DNA from: Kiritimatiella glycovorans
GTDB taxonomy: Bacteria > Verrucomicrobiota > Kiritimatiellia > Kiritimatiellales > Kiritimatiellaceae
Direction of reading: 5' to 3'
Length of the DNA: 32,000 nucleotides
Assembly: GCF_001017655.1 (NCBI RefSeq)
Contig: NZ_CP010904.1
Location: forward strand, 390,001-422,000
Shown here: piece after piece, positions 1 to 10,733 of the stretch
Position numbering within the stretch: position 1 is the stretch's first letter
Layout of the letters: each line of letters begins with the position of its first letter
Notes under the pieces: generated by a model
Told to the model about the DNA's origin: nothing
The model's input: the letters and a program-made list of their open reading frames with translations, nothing else
The model's database searches: none
Program-made: the position numbers and the translations under genes

Positions 1-372
1 AACCGGCAGGAGGAACTCCAGCTCGAGGTGCGCGAGGCCTACCCGCTCCCCGAAGTCCCGCGCTGGTTCGCGGAACACGTCAGCCTCCATCTCGCCGACG
101 GCGCGGTCACGGAAGACCGGCTCGGCCACCTGCGGGAGGTCGCCGCCCGGCACCCCGGACGGACTCCGCTGCAGCTCTGCCTCCAGCATTCCGCCGGGGC
201 GCATGTCTTCATCGAGGCGGGAGAGCGCTACCGCGTACAGCCCGATGAGCCGCTGTGCCGCGACTTCGAACACCTGCTGGGCGAGGATGCGGTGTACGTG
301 GCGACGCGCAGCGAAGCCCTCCTGCGCAAGAGCAGCCGGGAGAAGACATGGGGGCGGAACGGCGGGCGATGA
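1..372 (+). CDS. dnaE: DNA polymerase III alpha subunit, extreme C-terminus (5' part lies outside the window)
   Basis: Frame +1 is open from base 1 (NRQEELQLEV...) to TGA 370-372. The tail ...HLREVAARHPGRTPLQLCLQ...ERYRVQPDEPLCRDFEHLLGEDAVYV has the layout I recall for DnaE C-termini. Recall only, not searched. Confidence 0.5.
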   Translation, partial: NRQEELQLEVREAYPLPEVPRWFAEHVSLHLADGAVTEDRLGHLREVAARHPGRTPLQLCLQHSAGAHVFIEAGERYRVQPDEPLCRDFEHLLGEDAVYVATRSEALLRKSSREKTWGRNGGR

Positions 373-1304
373 GGGTGTCGGCTAAACACAGGCTCGAGTA
401 CGCCGCCCTGCGCACCGCGGCCTGCGTGCTGCGCGTGCTCCCGCTGCGCGCCGCCCTGGCCCTCGGCCAGGGTGCCTCCGCGCTCCTGTTCCATGGGTTC
501 CGCTTCCGGCGCCGGGAGGCCGAAGCCCGGATACGCGAAGTCTTCGGCCCCGAACTCCCCCCCCGGCGCGTCCGCGCCATCGCACGGCGGTCGATGCGGA
601 ATCTGTGTTTCAACGCCGTGGAAATGATGCGCACCACGCCGCGGCGCGCCGCGGCCCTCGGCCGGCAGACCGCGTATCGCGGGATGAGGGACTTTTACCG
701 TCGCCACCGCGAACGGCACGGAGACGGAGGATTCATCCTCGCCACGCCGCACATGGGGAACTGGGAACAGGCCGGACTCGCGGCCCGCGCGGCCGGCGTG
801 CCCGTCTTCTTTATCGCGCGCCGGCAGAAGAACCCGCTCGTCAACCGGTGGATCAACCGGCTGCGGGCCGCGTCGGACGGCGAAGTGATCTCGAACGACG
901 CCCACCTCCTGCGCGGCGTCGCGCGCCGGCTCAAGAAAGGGGGCGTACTCGCCATCCTCCCCGACGTGCGCGTCCGCCGGAGCGGGTTCGAGGTCGCCTT
1001 CCTCGGCGCGCGAACGGAGGTGGGCGCCGGCACGGCCCTCTTTGCCCGGACCGCCCGGGTCCCCGTCTATCCGGTGGTCATGCAGCGGACGGGATGGACC
1101 GGGCACACGTGGCAGGCCTTCGATCCGATCTTTCCCGACCCCGCCGCCGGAAAAGACGCCGACTTCCGGAGGATCATGACCGAGGTCATGGCCGTCTTCG
1201 ATGCCGCCGTACGCGAGCATCCGGAGCAGTACTTCTGGTACAATAAACGGTGGGTCGCCGGCCGGAAAGCGGACCCGAGTCCGGCTGAAGAAGAGTCCGG
1301 ATGA
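348..1304 (+). CDS. LpxL/HtrB-family lipid A (lauroyl/myristoyl) or lysophospholipid acyltransferase
   Basis: ORF 255-1304. Likely ATG at 348, or ATG 369 overlapping the dnaE stop as ATGA. Acyltransferase H-x4-E box (ATPHMGNWEQAG), LAILPDVR segment and C-terminal EHPEQYFWYNKRW are typical of this family. Confidence 0.8.
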   Translation: MGAERRAMRVSAKHRLEYAALRTAACVLRVLPLRAALALGQGASALLFHGFRFRRREAEARIREVFGPELPPRRVRAIARRSMRNLCFNAVEMMRTTPRRAAALGRQTAYRGMRDFYRRHRERHGDGGFILATPHMGNWEQAGLAARAAGVPVFFIARRQKNPLVNRWINRLRAASDGEVISNDAHLLRGVARRLKKGGVLAILPDVRVRRSGFEVAFLGARTEVGAGTALFARTARVPVYPVVMQRTGWTGHTWQAFDPIFPDPAAGKDADFRRIMTEVMAVFDAAVREHPEQYFWYNKRWVAGRKADPSPAEEESG

Positions 1305-1323
1305 TCTTTTTCCGGTTCTCCGC

Positions 1324-1351
1324 TTGCCCGCCGGAATTCCTTCCCTAGAAT
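1324..1351 (+). promoter_or_regulatory. candidate sigma70-type promoter for the PhoH2 gene
   Basis: TTGCCC (1324-1329), 16-nt spacer, TAGAAT (1346-1351), about 40 nt upstream of ATG 1394. Pattern match only. Confidence 0.25.
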
Positions 1352-1393
1352 GTAGCGGAACCTCATGCAGGAACCCCTTTTTCGGGACGGTAC

Positions 1394-2698
1394 ATGAAAA
1401 AATATTACATCCTCGACACCAACGTTTTACTCCACGATCCCTCCGCCATAACGCATTTTGAGGACAACGACGTCCTGATCCCGCTGAAGGTCATCGAGGA
1501 GATCGACAAATTCAAGCGGGAGATCAGCGAGCGCGGGCGCAACGCCCGCCAGGTGGCGCGCAAGCTCGATGAACTGCGGCGCATCGGCCGGCTCTCCGAC
1601 GAACGGGGCGTCGAACTGCCCGGCGGCGGCCGGTTGCGGGTGTGCTTCCCGCGCAACAGCGATCCGCTCGATGCCGGAAAGCCGGCGGACGATATCATTC
1701 TGCGCACGGCACGCGAGACGCGGGCGATGTATCAGGAGACGCCCGTGATCATGGTCAGTAAGGACATCAATCTGCGCCTGAAGGCCGACGCGCTCGGGCT
1801 CCAGGCCGAGGACTACGAGAACGGGCACACCACCGACAACCTCTCGGAACTCTATTCCGGCCGGACAGCGGTCGACGTCGACGAGGCCGCGCTTGAACGC
1901 TTCCGCGAGGAGCGGCGGATCGAGCCGCCGCCGGGCTGCGATCTGTTCGCCAACCAGTACGTGACGCTGCGCAACCGCAAAGACGCCGGCGAGACGGTCG
2001 ACGGCCGCTACGACGCCGAAGCCGGCCGCATCGTCGCGCTGATCCCCGCGCCGGACCGCCTCCACCCGATCCGCCCGCGCAACCCGGAACAGTTCTGCGC
2101 CATGGATGCGCTGCTCAACGACCGCGTCAAACTGGTGACGCTTTCGGGTAAGGCCGGCACGGGCAAGACGCTGCTCGCGGTGGCGGCGGGGGTCCTGAAG
2201 ACGTTCGACGAGAAGACCTACGAAAAGCTGCTGATTTCCCGCCCGACCTTTCCCGTGGGCAAGGATCTGGGCTACCTCCCGGGCTCGCTCCAGGAGAAAC
2301 TGGAGCCGTGGATGCAGCCGATCTACGACGCGCTGGATCTGATCCGGCACGGACGCGATAAGCCGAACCGGGACCTGCTCGTGGGCAGCGAGCGGATCGC
2401 GGTCGAGCCGCTAAGCTACATCCGCGGACGCAGCATTCCCAACCAGTTCATGATTATCGACGAGGCCCAGAACCTCACGCCGCTCGAGGTCAAGACCGTG
2501 ATCACCCGCGTCGGGCACGGCACCAAGATCGTCCTGACCGGCGATATCTACCAGATCGACAATCCCTACGTGGACGTCCTCTCCAACGGCCTCAACGCGC
2601 TGGTGGAGAAATTCAAGGAAGAGTCGCTGGCCGCGCATATCGAACTGCGCGAAGGCGTGCGGTCGCGGATCGCCGAACTCGCCGCCAATCTGCTGTGA
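1394..2698 (+). CDS. phoH: PhoH-like ATPase with N-terminal PIN domain (PhoH2/YlaK type)
   Basis: N-terminus MKKYYILDTNVLLHDPSAI...IPLKVIEEIDKFK is a PIN domain. Walker A GKAGTGKT, Walker B IIDEAQN and GDIYQID match the PhoH core. Confidence 0.9.
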   Translation: MKKYYILDTNVLLHDPSAITHFEDNDVLIPLKVIEEIDKFKREISERGRNARQVARKLDELRRIGRLSDERGVELPGGGRLRVCFPRNSDPLDAGKPADDIILRTARETRAMYQETPVIMVSKDINLRLKADALGLQAEDYENGHTTDNLSELYSGRTAVDVDEAALERFREERRIEPPPGCDLFANQYVTLRNRKDAGETVDGRYDAEAGRIVALIPAPDRLHPIRPRNPEQFCAMDALLNDRVKLVTLSGKAGTGKTLLAVAAGVLKTFDEKTYEKLLISRPTFPVGKDLGYLPGSLQEKLEPWMQPIYDALDLIRHGRDKPNRDLLVGSERIAVEPLSYIRGRSIPNQFMIIDEAQNLTPLEVKTVITRVGHGTKIVLTGDIYQIDNPYVDVLSNGLNALVEKFKEESLAAHIELREGVRSRIAELAANLL

Positions 2699-2708
2699 CC
2701 CGCGCGTC

Positions 2709-3467
2709 TTAACCCCGGCGCTCTGCCGCGCGATTGATCAGCGCCGCGTTGTATCCGCCGCTGAACCCGTTGTCGATGTTGACCACAGTTACGTTCGAGG
2801 CGCAGGAGTTGAGCATCCCGAACAGCGGCACCAGCCCGCCGCCGTGTGTGCCGTAGCCGATGCTCGTCGGGACGGCGATCACCGGGCAGGGCGCGAGCCC
2901 GCCGACCACGGAGGGCAGGGCGCCCTCCATGCCTGCGACCACCACCAGGCAGACCGCCGACCGGATGAGGTCGAGGTGGGCGGTGAGGCGGTGCAGTCCC
3001 GCCACGCCGGCATCATAGACCCGCTCCACCGCGCACCCGCAGTGCTCCGCCGTGACCGCGGCCTCCTCAGCCACGGCCGCGTCCGCCGTGCCCGCCGAGA
3101 TCACCCCGACCCTGCCCCGGGGTTCGACCGGTTTGCGTTCCAGCGCCACGATGCGCGCGTCGGGATAGTGCACCAGGGCGGGATCGTCGGCCTTCAACGC
3201 CTCGTATACCTCGGGACCGGCGCGGGTCAGCAGCAGCCGATCGTGTTCCGTCGCCATGGCGCGGAAGATTCCCCGTATGTGCTCGATCGTCTTGCCCTGA
3301 CAGAACACCACTTCCGGAAAGCCGATTCGCAGGCCGCGGTGATGATCCAGCCGCGCGAATCCCAGATCCTCGAACGGCATCTTGCGCAGACGCGCCAGAA
3401 GATCGTCCTCGCCCAGGTCGCCTCTCTTGAACCGCTCCAGCCAGTCGCGCCAGGTCTGTTCGTCCAT
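2709..3467 (-). CDS. larB: LarB, pyridinium-3,5-biscarboxylic acid mononucleotide synthase (AIR-carboxylase-like, NPN cofactor biosynthesis)
   Basis: VGVISAGTADAAVAEEAAVT...DAGVAGLHRL...VVVAGMEGALPSVVGGL..PVIAVPTSIGYG...NSCASNVTVVNIDNGFSG is the PurE-like LarB signature. Starts 18 nt after the secA stop. Confidence 0.85.
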   Translation of the reverse strand: MDEQTWRDWLERFKRGDLGEDDLLARLRKMPFEDLGFARLDHHRGLRIGFPEVVFCQGKTIEHIRGIFRAMATEHDRLLLTRAGPEVYEALKADDPALVHYPDARIVALERKPVEPRGRVGVISAGTADAAVAEEAAVTAEHCGCAVERVYDAGVAGLHRLTAHLDLIRSAVCLVVVAGMEGALPSVVGGLAPCPVIAVPTSIGYGTHGGGLVPLFGMLNSCASNVTVVNIDNGFSGGYNAALINRAAERRG

Positions 3468-3485
3468 GCCGAGTCCTCGTGGGTG

Positions 3486-6545
<3,060 letters not shown>

Positions 6546-6760
6546 GGTATTCGCTCGATGGTTTTTGAGTTCAGCCGTAATCGGACCTGATGAGCGGGCC
6601 TTTATACCAGAGCGGACAGGACGGGGGAAACGGAAAACGGTTCAAGGATTGGCAGTGAGAAGTGTAATGTGAAATGCCGCAGGTATAGGAGAGAGCGTTC
6701 CATGCCGTGGTTCGCTATCCTTTGTGGTCTTACAACAGGACAACAGAGGAAGGAGACGGC

Positions 6761-6931
6761 ATGGAACAGAATCAGAATAGCAGGAAGGGCAAGCACTTGA
6801 CGAGGGTGGAGCGCATGGTGATTGAGCGGATGTCCCGTGGGGGGATCCCCAGGACTATCCCCGGTTTTTCGCAGGGAATTGAGGGAACGCCCCTGCAGGA
6901 CGGCAAAAGAGGCAAAATAGAAGTGGAATAG
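6761..6931 (+). pseudogene. possible remnant of an IS30-family transposase N-terminal HTH
   Basis: MEQNQNSRKGKHLTRVERMVIERMSRGG... resembles the HLTxxERxxI HTH start of IS30-type transposases. An adjacent frame reads SRRELRER, like the TISRE(I/V)xRN motif. No catalytic domain follows. Lies in a lower-GC patch. Confidence 0.25.
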
Positions 6932-7044
6932 AGTGGTCTCCAAGTGACACCATCAAAAGATGGAGGTGACAAAACAAACACAAGGAGACCGTCAGGGACC
7001 GTACCCGAAGCGCGCTGAAAATCCGAGACCAGATCGGGAAATTT

Positions 7045-8259
7045 ATGGGGATATTTTATCCCCACTTTTCGAAACCGAAACAGCGGTTCATAGAGCAAAT
7101 GATCTTCGGGCTGCTGGCGGGCAAGGATGTGAAGCTGAGCACCCTATCGCGTAAGCTTGATGAGCCGGTCCAATTAAAGAAGACCGAGGCGCGGTTGTCT
7201 CGCCACCTGAACGCCCCGGGTATGGATCAGGCGATCAACAAAGAGATCGCATCCTCCGCCTCGCGCAAGATACACAAAGACACGCTGATCATTCTGGACC
7301 CGAGTGATATCCGGAAGAACTACGCCGAAGCGATGCCCTTTCTTGGCCGGGTGCGTGACGGCAGCACGGGGCAGATCGTCAACGGGTACTGGAGCTGCCT
7401 GGCCGTGGCCTGTGAAGTGGGCAAGCGCCGCATGCTGCCGCTGCATCATCGCCTGTGGTCGGCCGAAGCTCCGGACTTTATCAGTGAGAACCACCAGTTG
7501 CGGGAGATCATCAACATGATCAGCCGGGCGGTCTCTAGACGAGGCATCTACGTGATCGACCGCGGCGGCGACCGCTGCAAGATCTATAACCACCTTCTCC
7601 GTAATCATTGGCGATTTATCATCAGGCTGACGGGCAGCCGCCATCTGCGCTATCGCGGCAAGAACAGCCGGGCCCTGGATCTGGCGGAGAGTTGCCCCAT
7701 GCTCTATCGCGATCAGCTCGTCAAAGAGACTCGCGAAGGCGAGAAGACTTATCAGATCGAGTACGGTTTCCGGCGAGTCAGGATGCCGGGGAAGAAACCC
7801 TGGCTTTACCTGATCGTGGTCAAAGGCTTTGGCCGGAAGCCCATGATGCTGCTGACCACCGAAGAGGTGACGAAGAGCCGCAAGTCGATATGGTTCATCG
7901 TTGAGGGCTATATTTCACGCTGGCTCGTAGAAGACGCCCTCCGCTTTATCAAGCAGAGCTACAAGCTCGAAGACGTCCGCGTCCTCTCGTACCAGCGCCT
8001 CCAGAACATGATGGCGCTCGTGCTTGCCGCGATCTACTTCTCGGCGGTCTGGCTGGGCAGCTCGGTAAAACTGGCCGTTCTCTCGGCCTATGCCATCAAG
8101 GCCTCAAAACGCTTCTTCGGTATCGCAGAGTTCCACTATTACGCGCTCGCCGATGGCATCGCCGCTCTTCTCTCCCGCATCGGCGCATCGCGCAGCCCGC
8201 ATCCCCGTTCGCCTCCTGTCTCAAGCTTCCCGCAAACGTGGTTTCCGGGGTTCGGCTGA
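7045..8259 (+). CDS. IS4-family DDE transposase (apparently intact)
   Basis: 404 aa. D in LIILDPSD, D in YVIDRGGD, and YISRWLVEDALRFIK fits the IS4 Y-2-R-3-E-6-K signature exactly. The N-terminus KQRFIEQMIFGLL is like IS4/IS701-type transposases. Confidence 0.9.
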   Translation: MGIFYPHFSKPKQRFIEQMIFGLLAGKDVKLSTLSRKLDEPVQLKKTEARLSRHLNAPGMDQAINKEIASSASRKIHKDTLIILDPSDIRKNYAEAMPFLGRVRDGSTGQIVNGYWSCLAVACEVGKRRMLPLHHRLWSAEAPDFISENHQLREIINMISRAVSRRGIYVIDRGGDRCKIYNHLLRNHWRFIIRLTGSRHLRYRGKNSRALDLAESCPMLYRDQLVKETREGEKTYQIEYGFRRVRMPGKKPWLYLIVVKGFGRKPMMLLTTEEVTKSRKSIWFIVEGYISRWLVEDALRFIKQSYKLEDVRVLSYQRLQNMMALVLAAIYFSAVWLGSSVKLAVLSAYAIKASKRFFGIAEFHYYALADGIAALLSRIGASRSPHPRSPPVSSFPQTWFPGFG

Positions 8260-8272
8260 AAACTGGGGTAAG
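7045..8272 (+). mobile_element. IS4-family insertion sequence, ends not resolved
   Basis: Transposase gene in a local GC dip between divergent secA and a membrane glycosyltransferase-like gene. Candidate imperfect inverted repeats are TTATCCCCACTTTTCGAAACCGAA (7056-7079) and the reverse complement of 8251-8272 (CTTACCCCAGTTTTCAGCCGAA), 19 matches with 2 gaps. The left one would lie inside the annotated ORF start, so the boundaries are uncertain. Confidence 0.55.
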
Positions 8273-8403
8273 TCCAATTCGGCGTTCTGCTTGACGCCTC
8301 CGGCCGGCCTCTTCTACCGTCGCACCCATGAACGTGCTTCTTCAGGCCCGTCCGGCGCGGAGGCCACGCCGCGCCTTGCTTGTTGCCGCTGCATGTGACG
8401 GAC

Positions 8404-10200
8404 ATGCCGACTGATCCGGCAGGCATGGTCGGGGATGCCCCGCGTTTCGGGGGCGATTCGTGGCGCGTAGCGGGGCTCCTCCTGGCGGTATTCGCCCTGC
8501 ATATCCCCAGCCTTTGGTGTCCGCTGTTCCTCGATGATTATGTCTATCTCTATGACGTGCGCCAGGTGAGCTGGCCCTGGGTCGGGGCGCTGTTCACCTC
8601 GCCCGCCCTGACCCACACGGCCAGTTCAATGTGGTTTGCGCCCGCCGGGGTCCTGCCTTTCTACCGCCCGCTGGGAGTGCTGCTCTTCGCGTTCGACCAT
8701 GCCGTCTGGGGGCTGGCTCCGTTCGGCTATCATCTGACAAACCTGCTGTTGCATCTGCTGGCGACCTGGCTGACGTATCGGCTGGCCCGTCGCCTGTTTA
8801 ATACCGACCGCCCGGCGCTGCTCACGGCGGCGGTATTCGCGGTTCATCCCGTGCACGGGGAGGCGCTGTACTGGGTCTCCGGGCGGTTCGATCTGCTGGT
8901 CTGTTGTATGGTGCTGCTGACGATTCTCAGCTACGACCGTTGGATGACGACCCCGGGACGACGGGGGCTCCGGGGCGTGATCACCGTTCTGCTCTTTCTA
9001 TCGGCCCTCGCCTGCAAGGAGACGGCCCTCACGCTTCCGGGGGTGATGCTGCTTCTGGAAGGTACACGATGGAGGACGGGGGGACGACCGGCTCGTACGC
9101 GGGCCGTCGTCAGGCTCACCTGTCTGTTCGCGTGCGCGGCGGCGTATCTCGCCGGCCGGATGGTCCTTTTCGGCGGACTCGGCTCCATGCCTCCGCCCTA
9201 CGGTCTCGATACCTCCTCCCTGCTCGTCGCGGTCCGGCAGCTTACGACCAATATCACCCAATACCTGCTGGACTTTATCTTTTGCGTTCAGATCGACGCC
9301 ACGGCATGCGGGGAACGGCTGCTTGCGCATCCGGGATGGACGCTCGGGCTGCTGGCTCTTTCCCTTTTTGTGTTGGGACTGACGGCCCGGATCGCCTGGC
9401 GGGATCCCGTATTCCGGATTGGAGTCATCTGGCTCGCCCTGTTTACCGCGCCCTCGCTGATGGCCATGGCGGGCGAGCGCAATGGGTATCTCGCCGGGGC
9501 GGGATGGGCGCTGATGCTTGTGGCGGTGTATCGGAGTCTCTCCGATCGGTGGCGCGCTCGGCCCCATATGAAACGAAGGCTTCGGGCCGCGTCGATCACC
9601 CTGCTCGTGTTTTGGTCGGCAATCACGCTGGTGGAGCAGGGCGTCGCGTGGTGTCTGACCCGAGCCGGCGAACAGAGTTTGCGTCAGATCCAGGCCCTCG
9701 CCCCGGCCCCCCCCGCCGGTTCGCATTTCTATGTTGTGAACATGAGTCCGCTCAACAGCGTGGGCTTCCGCCAGGCGATCCGGCTGCGTTACGGGCGGGA
9801 GGATCTCGAGGGCTGGGGCCTCACGATTTCCCCCTCCCTGGCCGGGGACGCCCCGGATGACGTTTGCGTTCAGGATTCGAATACGCTGCGGATCCATCGC
9901 CCGGCCCAGGCGGCCTTTTTTGAGCCCTTTTGTGACCGGTTTCATCGCTATGGCGCGCCGGCGTCTACCCTCCCTGCCGCCGCCGAGCGGGCCGGGATGA
10001 CCCTGATGGATCCCCCGGCGTCGTACGAGGACCTCCATACGCTCACCTTGCGCATGCCCCTGGATGTGAACGATCCCCGCCTCCATGTTTTCCAATGGGA
10101 TAACCGTGACGTCCGCCCGGCGTGGTTGCTTCCCGATCTCGTCGTTCGTGCCGGGATGCGGCGAAGGCCGCGGGTGCCCTGTCGCGAAGGGTGCGACTGA
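8404..10200 (+). CDS. polytopic membrane protein, GT39/PMT/TMTC-like glycosyltransferase fold (no TPR tail)
   Basis: ORF 8380 (TTG)-10200, with ATG candidates at 8404 and 8425. Multiple hydrophobic helices. FLDDYVYLYDV after TM1 and AVFAVHPVHGEALYWVSGRFDLL match motifs I recall from TMTC/ArnT-like mannosyltransferase-type proteins. Confidence 0.6.
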   Translation: MPTDPAGMVGDAPRFGGDSWRVAGLLLAVFALHIPSLWCPLFLDDYVYLYDVRQVSWPWVGALFTSPALTHTASSMWFAPAGVLPFYRPLGVLLFAFDHAVWGLAPFGYHLTNLLLHLLATWLTYRLARRLFNTDRPALLTAAVFAVHPVHGEALYWVSGRFDLLVCCMVLLTILSYDRWMTTPGRRGLRGVITVLLFLSALACKETALTLPGVMLLLEGTRWRTGGRPARTRAVVRLTCLFACAAAYLAGRMVLFGGLGSMPPPYGLDTSSLLVAVRQLTTNITQYLLDFIFCVQIDATACGERLLAHPGWTLGLLALSLFVLGLTARIAWRDPVFRIGVIWLALFTAPSLMAMAGERNGYLAGAGWALMLVAVYRSLSDRWRARPHMKRRLRAASITLLVFWSAITLVEQGVAWCLTRAGEQSLRQIQALAPAPPAGSHFYVVNMSPLNSVGFRQAIRLRYGREDLEGWGLTISPSLAGDAPDDVCVQDSNTLRIHRPAQAAFFEPFCDRFHRYGAPASTLPAAAERAGMTLMDPPASYEDLHTLTLRMPLDVNDPRLHVFQWDNRDVRPAWLLPDLVVRAGMRRRPRVPCREGCD

Positions 10201-10347
10201 GAGGGCACGGGGTCTGACCCCCGTAAGCGGTTCAAATACCATCCGATCCCTCACGCACGGGTTCGGCTTGCACCTCTTGGGTAGGGCGCGATCTCTCCGC
10301 CTTCGGCCCTTTATGCCTTCGGCGGACAGGCTAAGCGCGCCGGGTTT

Positions 10348-10559
10348 GCGGACGGCCTTCTGCTGTCCAGCAGAATCCCTACCTTCACATGAAGGACATG
10401 AAGAGCATGAAGGTTGGTTGAGGGGGGTGAACATAATTCGTACTCGCACTCGTACTCGTACGCGTACTCGGAGCGCCGAAGGCGCGATCCCACTCCCCCT
10501 GTTCAAGGAATTCGAGTACGAGTACGATATTCCCCCGGTTGTCCCCGAGTTGAACTCAG
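10348..10559 (+). repeat. repeat family A copy 1 (hairpin + GTACTC/GAGTAC hexamer tracts), interrupted by a 106-bp insert (10384-10489) that carries repeat module C
   Basis: Both ends align with the reverse complement of copies at 25225-25355 and 28323-28453: GCGGACGGCCTTCTGCTGTCCAGCAGAATCCCTACC ... AGGAATTCGAGTACGAGTACGATAT...GAGTTGAACTCAG. Confidence 0.85.
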
Positions 10560-10659
10560 GGCCGCTGATGCCCTGTCGCGAGAGGGGCGACTGACGCGCC
10601 TCCCTCGACCGGTCCGCCGGTTCATCACACGCGAACCCACTTCGATTTAGCCTTGCAGT

Positions 10660-10673
10660 GGGAAACGATTGCA
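10660..10673. promoter_or_regulatory. LacI/GalR-type operator-like site upstream of the GspK-like gene
   Basis: GGGAAACGATTGCA fits 9 of the 10 fixed positions of TGnAAnCGnTTnCA. It shares the core ATGCAATCG (reverse strand) with sites at 19.29 kb and 25.18 kb. Confidence 0.4.
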
Positions 10674-10733
10674 TTATCATGGTGGTTTGAGGGTGGATCG
10701 CTGGAGGAGGAGAGACAGGCCGTGGGGCACAGG

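Noticed and set aside
6570-6577. TTCAGCCG, inverted with CGGCTGAA (8253-8260), as alternative IS ends giving a ~1.69-kb element
   Set aside because: It is only an 8-bp match, which is expected by chance between two ~150-200-nt windows. It would also place the IS end within about 25 nt of the secA start.
6587-6593. CTGATGA followed later by GAAAC: a possible hammerhead ribozyme core
   Set aside because: No stem II can be formed between CTGATGA and GAAA (GCGGGCC has no complement before GAAAC), and there are no flanking stems I or III. Chance match.
10229-10237. GGTTCAAAT, resembling a tRNA T-loop
   Set aside because: No acceptor stem, D-arm or anticodon arm can be drawn in the flanking 80 nt.
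10438-10470. GTACTC/GAGTAC tandem tracts (also at 25257-25300 and 28355-28398) as a possible CRISPR array or coding Tyr-Glu/Arg-Thr repeats
   Set aside because: The repeat unit is only 6 bp, with no spacers and no cas genes. The tracts lie in non-coding repeat elements, and the frames are not conserved between copies.
8998-10680. 560-aa minus-strand ORF, plus 20442-21779, 21718-22992 and 25128-26939 plus-strand ORFs
   Set aside because: All are antisense to better-supported genes and run into repeat DNA. None has recognisable motifs.
10653-10733. 5' extension of the GspK-like ORF (MQWETIALSWWFEGG...)
   Set aside because: It contains the operator-like site and abuts repeat DNA. The hydrophobic pseudopilin-type helix follows the internal ATG 10734 at a sensible distance. 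The exact start remains uncertain.
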